Origin: the human T2T-CHM13v2.0 reference genome, Homo sapiens
Reading direction: 5' to 3'
DNA length: 64,000 nt
NCBI GenBank assembly: GCA_009914755.4
Contig: CP086569.2
Coordinates: 20,768,001-20,832,000, forward strand
Shown here: piece after piece, positions 1-12,189 of the stretch
Position numbering within the stretch: the stretch's first letter is position 1
Layout: each line of letters begins with the position of its first letter
Program-made: the position numbers and the translations under genes
Notes under the pieces: generated by a model
The model's input: only the letters and a program-made list of their open reading frames with translations
What the model was told of the DNA's origin: nothing
The model's database searches: none

Positions 1-166
1 GGACTACAGGCGCCCGCCATCACGCCCGGCTAAATTTTTTGTATTTTTAGTAGAGACGGGGTTTCACCTTGTTAGCCAGGATGGTCTCGATCTCCTGACC
101 TCGTGATCCGCCCGCCTCGGCCTCCCAAAGTGCTGGGATTACAAGCGTGAGCCACCGCGCCCGGCC
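1..166 (-). mobile_element. Alu SINE, partial, cut by the window edge
   Basis: Reverse-complement Alu right-monomer motifs (gggattacaagcgtgagccaccgcgcccggcc) ending in ccggcc at 161-166. Confidence 0.9.
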
Positions 167-347
167 TTCTTGTTGCTTTTGAATCCTTTTTCAGTCTGGC
201 TTTTGGGAGTTTGATTATTAAATTCCTTGAGGTAGTCTTTTTTGCATTAGATCTGCTTGGTGTTGTATCACTATCTACTTGAATGTTGATGTATTTCTGT
301 AAGTTTGAAAAGTTCTTGTTATTTTCCCTTTGAAGAAAGTTTCCCCG

Positions 348-656
<309 letters not shown>

Positions 657-924
657 ATGTCTCTTTTTCTACCTTCTCCTTAAAGTAAAAGCTAGTAACT
701 CTTAGATTTCCCCTTTTCAGCTATTTTCTGGATCTGCTAGCCATGCCTTATTATTTTTTCTTTCTTAGTAATCCTCTGTATATATTCATATAGCCTGTCT
801 TCATACTCACTAATATCCTCTTATGCTTGATCCGTTATGCTGTTAATAGACTCTGATGCATTCTTTAACATGTCAGTAGCATTTTCAACTCAATTTCTAA
901 TTGCTTCTTTTTCATGATTTTAGT

Positions 925-1012
925 CTCTTATGTAAATTTACTTAATGCATTTTACTTAATTTACTTATGTAAATTTACTTATGTATTTCCTTATGTAAAT
1001 TTAGTTAATGAC
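925..1012. repeat. Short degenerate AT-rich minisatellite (ttacttatgtaaattta-type units)
   Basis: Visible reiteration of 'tgtaaatttacttaatg / tttacttatgtaaatttacttatgta' units. Confidence 0.5.
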
Positions 1013-1299
1013 TTTCCCCTCTGTTATTTTGAATTTTTTTGCGTTCCCTCAAAACTGCTATTTTGAGTTCTCTGCCTGAAAAATCACATAGCTGTCTCTC
1101 CAGGAGTAGTCCCTAGTACCTTCTTTAGTTTATTTGATGAGGTCATGTTTCATGGATGGTCTTAATGCTTGTAGATGATTCTCAGTGTCTGTGCATTGAA
1201 GATTTTCCAATTTTGTTCATAAAAAGCATTCGAATAAATCCAAAACTTAACAAAATAATACCAAGTATCTTCTCACATCAAAGTTGAATAAAATTACAA

Positions 1300-1620
1300 A
1301 TCAAAGGGATAGAGCAAGATGGCAGAATAGAAGCCTACACTCTTCATCATCCCACTGGAAAAGAAAATTTGTACAACTATTGTCACACAGGAAAGATCAT
1401 CACAAGAATCAAAAAATTAAATAAGAAATAACAGTACCTGGTTTTAACCTCACATTGCTATAAGGGACACTAAGGAGGGCAAAAGAGATAATCTTTAATC
1501 ACCAGTGCCACTCCTCCGGCACCAAGTCCATTCAAGTACTTGGGAAGTCTTCCCAAAAAATACAGGCACAGAAAAAAAGCCATCTATGAAGACTTCAATA
1601 CATACCTAGCTCTTCAATGC
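1300..1620 (+). mobile_element. Old L1 5'UTR-like fragment
   Basis: Begins 'gagcaagatggcagaatagaagcctacactc', which resembles the canonical L1 5' start (ccaagatggccgaataggaacagctcc) in diverged form. Confidence 0.35.
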
Positions 1621-1639
1621 TCTTAATTTTTGGATTTAT

Positions 1640-3160
1640 TGGAATGCTTTTTATGAAAAAGTATATGGTCAATTTTGGAAAATATTCAATGTAAACATGA
1701 GAAAAGCATATATTTTATAATAGTTGTTCACTATAATTAGTAAATATCTATTAGGTTTGAGTCCAATTTAATTCAAGTATTTATTTGTTATTTTTTCTCT
1801 TGATGATTTCTATTGTGTTTCAGTGGAATGCAGTAGTCTTATAGAATCCTATTGAATGGAACACTTTATATAACAAACTTTCTCTTTTTATTGCTGTTGT
1901 TGATTTAAAGTATCCTTTGTTTGAGATTATATAATAGCTACTCCTGCTACCTTTCTCTGTTTGCATAGTGTATTATTTTCTACCTTATTATGTCAAGTTC
2001 TGGAGTGTCTACCTGTTAGCTGTGTCTCTTTTAGGCAGCAGAGATTTGGAGCATGTGTTATCCTACAAGTCTTTTAAGAGGGGTTTTTAAACAATTTATA
2101 TTTCAGGTTAATGTTGATATACAGGGTCTTTTTCCTCTCAACGTTACCTACTTGTTTTGTGGTGTCAGTTGTGCAGTTGCTTTATGGGATCTGTTAGCTT
2201 TGTATTTATGTGCCCTTTCATAATGCTGAATATTGTTCTTTCATTCCCATATTTAGAACTTCTTTGAGAATTCCTTGTAGAATGATCTCATGGTAACAAA
2301 TTCCCTTCACATTTGCTCATTGGAAAAATAATTAACTTCTCCTTTACATGAGGCTTTATTTATCAGCATACAAAATATTTGGCTGCACTTTTTTCTTTAG
2401 GAAGACTGAAAATAGAATCTTATTCCTTCTGGCCTATAGGTTTTTCTACTAAATAAAGTCTATTGTCAATTTGATTGACTTTATTTTATATATGATTTGA
2501 TTCTTCCTTCTTATTTCTTTCAGAATTTGTTCCTTCACATTTACTTTTGAATACTCTGATGATTATATGCCTTATTGATAATCATCTTGCAAAGCATCTT
2601 TCAGGTTATACTTCAGCTTATTTTAAAAGATCTAAATGGCTACAGTGATCAGAGAAGAGAAACTTTTTTTTCTGGATTATATTATCAAATGAGTTTTTCA
2701 AACTTTTTACTATTTATTGTTTTTTTCTCAAGGGTGCTTTAAGGGATACAAGACTTTAAGGTATAAATGGAAAGAGAAAAAGAAAGCCTGTAACTTATAG
2801 CATCTATCACTATGCACTCCCATATTTCTCGAAGCCTTTTCCCAGTTTTTATATTTTTTCCTTTTTTCATTTGTTTTTAAAGTTTTATATTTTTCTACTG
2901 GGATAGCTTAAAAGTCTTTTCTTCAAGTTCTGAATCTTTTTCTTCTGCTTGGTTTACTTTATTATAGCTTTCAATTGTATTTTGTAACTTGTGAGTAAAT
3001 TTTTCTAGGTTTTTGTTTGGCTATTACCAGTTTATCTCTTCTTTCATATTTGCATTTTTTTTCTGATTTATTTGTGTTGATATCTGACTTTCTCATGGAT
3101 CTCACTGAGCTTTCTTATAATCCATATTTGCACTTTTAAAAATCTGTTTTTACATAATTT
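1640..3160 (-). mobile_element. L1 fragment on the - strand (old subfamily)
   Basis: AT-rich sequence whose reverse-complement translation resembles L1 ORF1/ORF2. I could not resolve the ORF order within the fragment. Confidence 0.45.
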
Positions 3161-4110
3161 TTATTTTAGTTAGAATCCATTACTGGAGACCTAATATGAA
3201 TTTTCTCTTTACCCATAAGTGCAGAAATAACTGGGTCCTCTCCTACAAGAGCTTTACATGTATGTACCTTCAGCCCTCTGGAACATTTCAGGGTAACTAC
3301 ATCCCCACAGGAAGAGCATTCTTCAGGTTCAAGCATGCATGAAAGGTGGAGTAAAAATGCATCCCTACTTGGAATGTCAACGTACCTATAGATAAAAATG
3401 GTATTTGCCCAGTTTGAGCAGCCAGACCCTTGTTCAGAAGAAAGTCTGAGAGGTGGATCACTTTCCTGCAGGCCTGGCAAGGGAGATGAGGTTGTTTCCA
3501 CCCTTTCCCTGATAAGATGTCAGTGTGTTTTACTGAGATCTCCCAAAGCAATCTCTGCCAACCTTCTGCTATTAAGTATTTCAACTATTAACCTGCTTTA
3601 GCTACAACCAATTTCTACCCAGAGAGACCTCCCCTAAAACCATGAAGCCTAAACTTTTAAATACAGTAAACAAAATGGAAACAAAATAAATAAATAAAAT
3701 GTGCATGTAATGGGGGAACAAGGTGAGCTTAAAGAGACCTCTGTCATTTCAAACTTATAGGTAACAGTGAACTTGCTCTCACACTCAGTACACTTCTACT
3801 ACAACCAGCATCTGAGAAAGCTATTACATAAAAATTTTCTCAGTCTGCACCCCTGAAAGCAGAAAGTGCCAAATTAGTCTAGAATAAGCTATAAGTATTA
3901 AAAAATATCATCCTTAAGGTGAAAAATTTCAAAACAGAAAATTTAGAAAATTAAAAATATGTATAACTTGTCTACCCAAATGAGAAGGAACCAGAAAAAT
4001 AACTTTGGTAATATTAAAAAAAAAAAAAACAGGTTCTAAAACACTCCAAAAAGTTTACACTAACTCCTCAGCAATAGAGCCAAATCAAGATCAATATTCT
4101 CTGAAATACT

Positions 4111-4795
4111 GTGTCCAGAATTGGCTCCTTCTGGTGGGTTCTTGGTCTTGCTAACCTCAAGAATGAAGCCGCGGATCCTCACGGTCAGTGTTACAGTTCT
4201 TAAAGATGGTGTGTCTGGGGTTTGTTCCTTCAGATGTTCAGATGTGTCTGGTGTTTCTTCCTTCTGGTGGGTTCATGGTCTTGCTGACTTCAGGAGTGAA
4301 GACGCAGACCTTTGCGGTGAGTGTTACAGCTCTTAAAGGTGGCGTGTCAGGAGTTGTTCATTCCTCCCAGTGGGTTCGTTGTCTAACTGACTTCAGGAGT
4401 GAAGCTGCAGACCTTCGTGGTGAGTGTTACAGCTCATAAAAGTAGAGTGTAGCCAAAAAGTGAGCAGCAGCAAGATTTATTGCGAAGAGCAGAAGACAGT
4501 GTGGAAGCGGACCTGAGCAGGTTGCCACTGCTGGCTTGGGTGCCCAGCTTTTATTTGCTTATTTGGCCCCACCTATATCCTGCTGATTGGTCCATTTTAC
4601 AGAGCGCTTATTGATGCATTTACAAACCTTTAGCTAGACACAGAGTGCTGATTGGTGCATTTTTAGAGTGCTGACAGGTGCATTTACAAACTTTTAGCTA
4701 AACACAAAGCACTGATTGGTGTGTTTGCAACCCTTTAGCCAGACAGAAATGTTCTCCAAGTCCCCACTCTACTCAGAAGCCCAGCCAGCTTCACC
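4111..4795 (+). mobile_element. LTR12-family (HERV9 LTR) fragment, 5' two-thirds, probably a solo LTR
   Basis: ggtgggttcttggtcttgctaacctcaagaatgaagccgcggatcctcacggtcagtgttacag matches the LTR12 5' end. It carries the internal duplications typical of LTR12 and the CCAAT-type 'ctgattggtgcatttacaaacctttagctagacac' repeats, and is truncated after 'ccaagtccccac'. Confidence 0.75.
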
Positions 4796-5233
4796 TTTCA
4801 ATACTCAATATAATAAATATGTGATTTATAAAATGGCTGAACCTAAGAATAAGTGGTGTTGCCGATGGAGAAGAAAGAGAAACATATTTGGAAAACTTAT
4901 TTGAGGGAATAATTAATAAAACATTTCTTGGCTTTGCTAGAGATTTATATTTGCAAATATAAGAAGCTCAAAAATTTCCTGAGATATTTATTATAAAAAG
5001 GAGTTCACCAACGCATATTGTCATTGGCCCTCTAAAGTCAACCTGAAAAAAAAAAAATTCTGAGACTAGTGAGATAAAAGAATCAGGTAACCTATAAAGG
5101 AAAATCTGTCAGAATATCAGGAGAATTCTCATAAAAACTCTTATCAGTCATAAAGAATTAGGGTCTCATTTAACTTTTTAAAACAGAATTACTATCAGTC
5201 CAGAATTTTTTATCTAGTAGCACTAAATTTTCA

Positions 5234-5560
5234 GGCTGGGCACAGTGGCTCATGCCTGTAATCCCAGTACTTTGGGAGGCCGAGGTGGGCGGATCACCTG
5301 AGGTCGGTAGTTCAAGACTAGCCTGATCAAGATGGAGAAACCCCCTCTCTACTAAAAATACAAAAAATTAGCCAGGAATGGTGATGCATGCCTGTAATTC
5401 CAGCTACTCAGGAGGGTGAGGTAGGAGAATCACTTGAATCTGAGAGGCAGATATTGTGGTGAGTTGAGATAGTGTCATTGCCCTCCAGCCTGGGCAACAA
5501 GAGTGAAACTCCATCTCAAAAAACCAAGCCAAAACAAACAAACAAAAAAAACCCAAAAAC
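5234..5560 (+). mobile_element. Alu SINE
   Basis: ggctgggcacagtggctcatgcctgtaatcccagtactttgggaggccgaggtgggcggatcacctgaggtc ... ends in an A-rich tail. Confidence 0.9.
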
Positions 5561-7063
5561 TAAGTTTTCTATATGAAAGATAAATAAAGTTATCTTCAGA
5601 CAAATAAACATTGAGGAAAATAATTACTACCAGACCAGCTGTTCATGAATGCAAAAAAGTTCCAAATCCTAAAGCAAAAGATTGATATGCACCAGAATAG
5701 AACCTCTTGAAAGTACAAAACTCACAGGACCTATAAAACAATAACACAATAAAAAAGACCAAATATCTAGGTCACTAGTAACATAATGATTGCAACAGTA
5801 CCTCACATCTCAATATTAATGTTGAAAGTAAATTGCCTAAGTAAAAGGCTGGAAAAAGTTATTCCATGCAAATAGAAATCAAAACTGAGTAGCAGCATCT
5901 ATTCTTATATCAGGTGAAAAAATCTTTTAAGCAAAAACAGTAAAAAAAGACAAGATTATCATCTAATGATAAAAGTTTTAATTGAATAAGAAATTACAAG
6001 CCTAAATGTATATGTACCCAACACTGGGCTCATAAAACATTTACTTCTATACTTAAGATAGAGAGCAACAGAATAATAATAGGGAACATCAATACTCCAC
6101 TGACAACATAGAGCAACATAGTTAATTGAGACAGGAAGTCAGCAAAGAAACAGTAGACTTAAAGTACACTCTAGAGCGAATAAATCTAACAGATACTTAA
6201 ATAACAATCTAGCCAAGAATTGCAGAAAATACATTCTTCTCATTAGCATATAAAACCTTATCAAAGATATGCCATATGATAGGCCACAAAACAAATCTCA
6301 ATACATTTAAAAATATTAAAATTATATCAATTGTCAGACAACAAAAATAAAAGTAATAAACATCAGAGAAACCCTCAAACTATATAAACACAAGAAAATT
6401 AAAACCACCTGCTTCTGAATAATTTTTTATCTAACTATAAAACCAAGTGAAATTTAGAAATTATTTGAATTAATAATAGCAACATAAACTATCAGAACTT
6501 CTGGGATTCAAAAAAAGTAGTGCTAAGATGAAAGTTTATAGCACTAAATGTCTACATCACAAAGTCTGAAAGATTACAAATTTACACCCTAGTTTTACAT
6601 CCCATGAATAACAGGAACAAATTAAACTCAAAGCTAACAGAAAATAAGAAATAACATTGGTCAGAGCAAAACTAAATAAACTTAAAAATACAAAAGATTA
6701 GTAAAAAAAAAATAAAGCTGGTTATTTGGAAAGATAAACAAAGTTTATAGACTATTAGCGAGACTAACCAAGGAAAGAAGAGACACGATTCAAATAAAGT
6801 CAATTTGGAATAAAATGAAATATTACAATCAGCACCACAAAAATAGAAAAAATTACTTGAGACTGCTATGAAGACCTTCACGCATATAAACTAGAAAATC
6901 TAGGGAAAACAAATAAGTACTTAGGAACATAGGATCCTTCTAGATTAAATTAGAAAGAAATATAAAGCATAAACAGATCAATAACAAGCAATGAGACTGA
7001 AACAGTAATTTAAAAATTGCCAACCCAGAAAACCTGGAGCCAGATAGATTTACAGCTGACATC

Positions 7064-7069
7064 TACCAG
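7064..7069. repeat. Target-site duplication TACCAG, 5' copy, of the class II provirus
   Basis: TACCAG sits immediately 5' of the LTR start (TGTGGGGG...) and is identical to 12190-12195 just after the 3' LTR end (...CTCGCA). A 6-bp duplication is what betaretroviral integration produces. Confidence 0.75.
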
Positions 7070-7556
7070 TGTGGGGGTTCAGTCAGGCTGGTGGGAAACA
7101 TTATGGTTATAAAGAACATACACAAGACCTTTTGGAAGGCCTGAAGGATTTTCTATACATTACTTGGCTGAAAGCAGCCTTGTCCCTTAGTTAAATAAAT
7201 TAGAGTAGAAACAAAGGAATGTGACGAGTTTGTCTAACTAATTTGTTTACTAATGTGAGCCTAAGACTAAACTTTGATCTACCACAGGTGCTTAATTGCT
7301 TTCTACTGGGGAGGTCTGCTATGTCAATTACCCTCTAGTGGTGTGGACTCAAGCCTTTGTTAATTAATCTTTACTGAACAAATGCGAGTCTCACTGGCTA
7401 GCTGGTCGCGGCGGCTGTCACAACTGTTTACAGCACTCTGCTTGGAGTCTCTAAGAGGCCAGGATGCTCAGCCGGACTGACAAAGCAGAATATCTGTCTG
7501 TCAGTGTATTTTATTGATCCCTCGTTGGGTCAGGGTATGCAGGATGGACCTCTGCA
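7070..7556 (+). mobile_element. 5' LTR of the class II provirus
   Basis: Alignable by eye to 11708-12189 (ggttcagtcaggc ... cacaactgtttacagcactctgcttggagtct ... gggatggacc), with TG..CA termini. Confidence 0.75.
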
Positions 7557-7717
7557 GCTGTTGCCCCTGTGTAAGGATTGCTGAGAATGGAGCCCAGTGG
7601 ACCCCTGGAAAACGAAGGTGAAGAGGAGCAGGCAGTCAAGTCAGTAAAACAGTAAGTCATTGGTGTCCACTTGGGATCTCCAAGTTCAGGGGGGATTGTT
7701 CAGGCTGAGGTTTCATC

Positions 7718-8600
7718 ATGGGACAACAGTTATTAGCACAGCAAAAACAGTATCTAAAAGTGTTAAAACAGCTGCTTAAGGCCAGCAGAGACTCAATTTC
7801 ACAGGCTCAATTAAGAGACCTAAGCTAAACTGTTTTCTCACATAATCCGTGGTTCCCAGAAGAAGGAATGCTAGACGTAGTCTGGGACAAGTAGGGAGAC
7901 ATCTTAAACAACATTATGCATAAGGGCAGTGGGTTCCGGTAACAGCTTTAATGCTATGGGCTTTAATTAGAGCAGCCCTGGTTCAGTAACACACGGAAGA
8001 GCCTAAAAAGCGGAAGGAGGAGGAGACGTCATCTACTTTACCGCCTTCCCATTCCCCAGCCCGGATATCACTGGGTCAAAATAACAAAAAGGAAACGGAG
8101 GTTTTGCCTGAGCCCTCTCCTCCAATAGCTAGGAAAAAGGACAGGAAATACGCTTCGGCTATGAGACCCTGAGTTAAGCAAGGGGCAATAGAAAGCGAGC
8201 TTTTATCCTGCTGGGTGATGCAAGATCAGCAAGGCAATCAGGTACATAAAGAGTTAAGAAAAAGCACTGGAGGTCGGAGCCCTGAGGGCAAGGAAGCCCT
8301 AGGCAAAACGGAAGGCTTGGCAGCCGGGAAGCTCGCAAACCTGGAGCCAGCAAATACTCCTGGGAACTCAGCCTTCGTGGCAGTGGTGGCATCGGACAGC
8401 TAGGCTCAGTGGGCTGGAACTGGTCTCCTAGGGAGGGGCAGGAGGTGTACGTGGGAAGGTCTGCCCAGCCGGCAGCAGCCACTGGCTGCGGCTGTGGGGA
8501 GGGAGTGGCACACAAAGATAAAAAAGGGAAAAATGCGGTGCAGACAAAGCGACAGCCCCTAAGCAAGCATAATGAGCCACCGCCCCGGGACCTCCCTGCT
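7718..8600 (+). pseudogene. gag: gag remnant (MA start and Pro-rich region), degenerate
   Basis: ATG at 7718 translates MGQQLLAQQKQYLKVLKQLLKA... then NPWFPEEGMLDVVWDK, echoing HERV-K MA (MGQTKSK...CPWFPEQGTLDLKDWK). Stops and frameshifts follow. The GC/Pro-rich stretch at 8000-8600 is consistent with the gag p15 region. Confidence 0.6.
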
Positions 8601-9029
8601 TAGCTGCCTTACAGCTTCACAGGTGCCCGATGGCAAAATTTCATGTATTTATGGTATACAAGTGACGTCGCAGATTATAATCATCTGCTAAGATTTAAAT
8701 AAAATTTAAAAATTTAAAAGACCTTTTTCTAGTAGTAGCCACTGTAATCTCTCTCGCCTATAACATGACTCTCTTCTAATCCAATTTAAGTAAAACAGTG
8801 ACCTCTAAAGGGAGAGAGATTACCAAAAAGCCCATGAGTTAGTTAAGGAGAAGTTAAAAGTGGAAAGTTAAACATGGAAAAGTGACAGTTTGGTGGAGAC
8901 CATATAATGTAATCACTCAATCCGTATTTACTACCACTCAGAGAGCTGAGATGGTGGCTCTGATATTATCAAGTCCACAGCTCACTGCCTCGCCCATTAG
9001 CTTATAGCAATAATCAAGCTGACCTTCAG

Positions 9030-9790
9030 GTTATGACATCACTGCTGGACCACGCCACCCAATCGCACCTATTTTTCCATCAAAGTTGGAGAAACTTATC
9101 TATGCAGTATCTACTTATCCAGAGACTGGCTAAACAAATTATCCTACAATGCCCAGATTGCCAGCTCACAGGCATGTCCCTCCTTCAACAGGCGTTAACC
9201 CTAGAGGATAAGAACCTAATCAGTTATGACAAACAGTTGTTATACACATCCCTGAATTTATAAAACTAGGATATGTACATGTATCCATTGATACCAACAC
9301 TCATTTAATTAGTACATAGGCTCTGCCTGGCTAGTCAACTCAGTATGTCATTAAACATCTTCTTTTAACTTTTGCATTTATGGGATGGCTCACAAAAATT
9401 AAAACTGATAATGGGCCAGCTTAGGCCAACTCACAATTTCAACAATTTTGTCACACGTGGAATATCCATCATTCCACAGGCATCCCATATAACCCCCAAG
9501 GACAAGCCATGGTAGAACATGCCCACTCCACCCTTAAAAATATGCTCAAAAAACAAAAGGGAGAGTAAGGGGAAAGACCCTGCAACAATATTGGCACAAG
9601 ACTTATTTACTCTTAATTTTTTAAATTTAGATGACACATTTCAATCAACTCCGGAAAAGCACTTTGCTAAAACCTCTCAAGGCATAAAACCTTCAGTTTT
9701 ATGGAAAGATGTAAACAGTAATGTATGGGGTCATCCAAGTAAAAGAAGAGGGTATGCTTGTGTCCTCACCCCCTCAGGTTCTTTTTAGAT
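9030..9790 (+). pseudogene. pol: pol integrase remnant
   Basis: HHCC-like zinc finger (...HLFFHQSW...LQCPDCQL), then catalytic-core motifs KTDNGPA..F and [34 protein letters not shown], then YACVLTPSGSF (compare HERV-K FACVSPGENQ). Frame breaks are present. Protease and RT are largely missing between about 8600 and 9030. Confidence 0.7.
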
Positions 9791-10431
9791 TGCAGCACAA
9801 CGTGTCAAACCATACCATGGCATGGCTAGGACCAAACCCTGTATCAGAAATGAAGGAATTAACACTAAGACCCATAGCCCTGGACAATGTGGCTTCTGAG
9901 GATGACATTACTTGGGGGATGCTGAAGGCTGAATGGATCCTGCTCTGGACACAGACACCACTTACTCCAGATAATTTGTTTCTTGCTATGCTTTCTATTG
10001 TACATTGCAACTCACGTAGGGTATTGATCCTTCTTATGCTCTCACTTTGTCTGCTGCCTGTATCTGCTACACTCTACTGGGCTCATATCTTAGATCTGCC
10101 TTTCTTTTGCTCTGTCCCCTGGGCAGATACTCCCTTCCCAGCCTTTAATACCATAACTTCTTGGCTAGGAGGGATAGATTTACCCCCACTGGGGTCCCTC
10201 AACAATGGCACACATTGGACTAAGGTGCCAGATAACACTACATATCACTCCACTATCCTCCCACTCTGTGCAAGTTATAAAAGTTCTAACCCTTACTGTA
10301 TACCTGACCAAAAACAAGGATGGCTACATCATGACAGAGGAACTGCCTTAACATTCTTAGCTGCAGGTAACCTCAAACCGGGCAATGCAATCAATGCCAC
10401 TTTCCCAAACATTCCTTCCTGTGCTAAATAA
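9721..10431 (+). pseudogene. env: env surface (SU)-like open frame, 236 aa, the longest ORF in the window
   Basis: Six-frame ORF 9721..10431. It has multiple N-x-S/T sequons (NVSNHT, NGTHW, NTTY, NATF), many Cys/Trp, and a hydrophobic leader-like stretch (LILLMLSLCLLPVSA). It lies between IN and the TM fragment, where a retroviral env should be. Confidence 0.55.
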
Positions 10432-10992
10432 CAAATCTGGGAAAGTGATGTACACTTTAGCTGGGAGTTCTGTCATGGGAAACAAGCCCATAGCCTCCAG
10501 TTAGGTAATTATAACATCTTAGACCACAGACCAAATGGCTGCTTGCAGGGCAGCCTTGCTAATGTCTTCATCCATCGTAGCATCAATCACAATTTCATAG
10601 CCATGTCTCATTCCCCTATAATTTGGGCCAATAGGGAGATGGGCTATCCTAGACCCCGAGTAAATTCCATGCCACCCCAAGGCACTTTATGGCACCTGGG
10701 ACATCTTAGCACCTCCCTTAACACCTGGCATGGGGCATATCATAATTCCAATCGCAACTATACTATAGCCTTTATTCATAATCACACAGATCAGTGCCTG
10801 ATTTGCACCACCCATCCATATGTTTTCTTCATGGGAACTAACATTTCCATTATACCCTGGAACTCCACATTTGTGACAAGCTTAATTTGCTTCAAGTATC
10901 ACTAATCACAATATATCTAATTTAAAAATTACTCATGTCATGGTATTAAGGAAACAATCTAAGGTATTTATACCAGTCAATTTGACACTTGA

Positions 10993-11214
10993 TTGGCAAG
11001 GTTTCTCTACCCTTGCCACCTTAAAACATGCTCTGTCCCCAGTCGGACAAAAAGATTCATAGTTACACTTAGGGCCTTTTTAGTCTCAGCCACAGTCATT
11101 CTGGCAACTGCTAGTGTTACTGTGGCATCTATTCCTAAATCAGCACAAACAGCTGCTTTTGTAGATAATATGTCCAGAAATGTGTCTAATAAACTTCTCT
11201 TACAGCAAATATAG
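10993..11214 (+). pseudogene. env: env SU/TM junction fragment with furin site and fusion peptide
   Basis: ORF 10993..11214 contains ...SRTKRFIVTLRAFLVSATVILATASVTVASI...: an R-x-K-R cleavage motif followed directly by a hydrophobic fusion-peptide-like segment. Confidence 0.6.
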
Positions 11215-11707
11215 ATCAAAAGATTCTTACTTGACTGCATGCCCTTGAGGCTGCCTTAGAATATGTGGGGGAGCAATAAGATGCACTGGGATTTTGACAG
11301 CAGTTAAACTGTGACTGGGAACATAAAAATATCTGTGTCACTTCTCTACCATGGAGTCAATCAATACATAGTTGGGATGAGGTGAAACATTTAACAGCAC
11401 ATGTAAAGCAACTGAAAACTAATATTTTAGAATCCCTTCACACCATAGATCTACACACCCAACAAACAGCCATATGGAAAGGTGTGCAAGATCCTTTCTC
11501 TTTGTTAGACCACCCACTCCTAGGGGTCACTCTTTGACTGGAAAAGAATGTTGCTAATTTTGCTCATGATTGTTTTATGTTATTTACTAATTCTAGATGC
11601 AAAGTCAAAATAAGAGCAATGACCACCACACCTGAAAAACCTGTTGCTCCAGATATTTATGGTTTCCAATCCAAAAGACCTAATGCTGAAAACATAAAAG
11701 AGGGAGG

Positions 11708-12189
11708 TAGGAGGGTTCAGTCAGGCATGTGGGAAAAATTTTACTTATAGAGAATATACACAAACCCTTTTGGAAGGCTTAGGGGTTTTTAGGTGTAGTA
11801 CTTGGCTGAAGGCAGCCTTGTCCCTTTAGTTAAGTAAATTAGACTAGAAACAAAGGAATGTGTGGAGTTTATCAAACTAGCTTGTTTACTCATGTGGTCC
11901 TAACACTAACATTTGATCATTGCTGGTGCTTAATTGCTTTCTACTTGGGTAGTGTGCAATGTCAATTATCCTGTAGCGGTGTTGACTCAAACCTTTGTCA
12001 GTTAATCTTTACTGAATAAATGCAATTCTCACTGGCTGGTCAGGGCCATGGTCACAACTGTTTACAGCACTCTGCTTGGAGTCTGTGAGAGGCCTACATG
12101 CTCAGCTAGACTGGCAAAGCAGAATATCTGTGTGTCAGTGTAATTTATTCATCCATCATTGGGTCAGATTCTGTGGGATGGACCCTCGC
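11708..12189 (+). mobile_element. 3' LTR of the class II provirus
   Basis: Homologous to 7070-7556 and preceded by the polypurine tract. It ends ...GGGATGGACCCTCGCA and is followed by TACCAG and the resumption of L1 ORF2. Confidence 0.75.

Larger units (their letters stand above)
7070..12189 (+). mobile_element. Class II (betaretrovirus-like, HERV-K superfamily) endogenous retrovirus provirus, internally deleted (about 5.1 kb)
   Basis: Two direct LTRs about 485 bp long (7070-7556 and 11708-12189, TG...CA ends, about 85-90% identical). A purine tract (aaaagagggaggtaggaggg) lies 5' of the 3' LTR. The internal region holds a HERV-K-like gag start, integrase motifs and env SU/TM motifs. The 6-bp flanking duplication TACCAG splits an L1 ORF2 codon pair (YQ). 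Confidence 0.8.

Noticed and set aside
7556-7580. Primer-binding-site assignment (tRNA-Lys or other) immediately 3' of the class II 5' LTR
   Set aside because: The sequence after ...CTCTGCA (GCTGTTGCCCCTGTGTAAGG) lacks a TGG-initiated 18-mer that I can match from memory to any tRNA 3' end. It is too degraded for a call.
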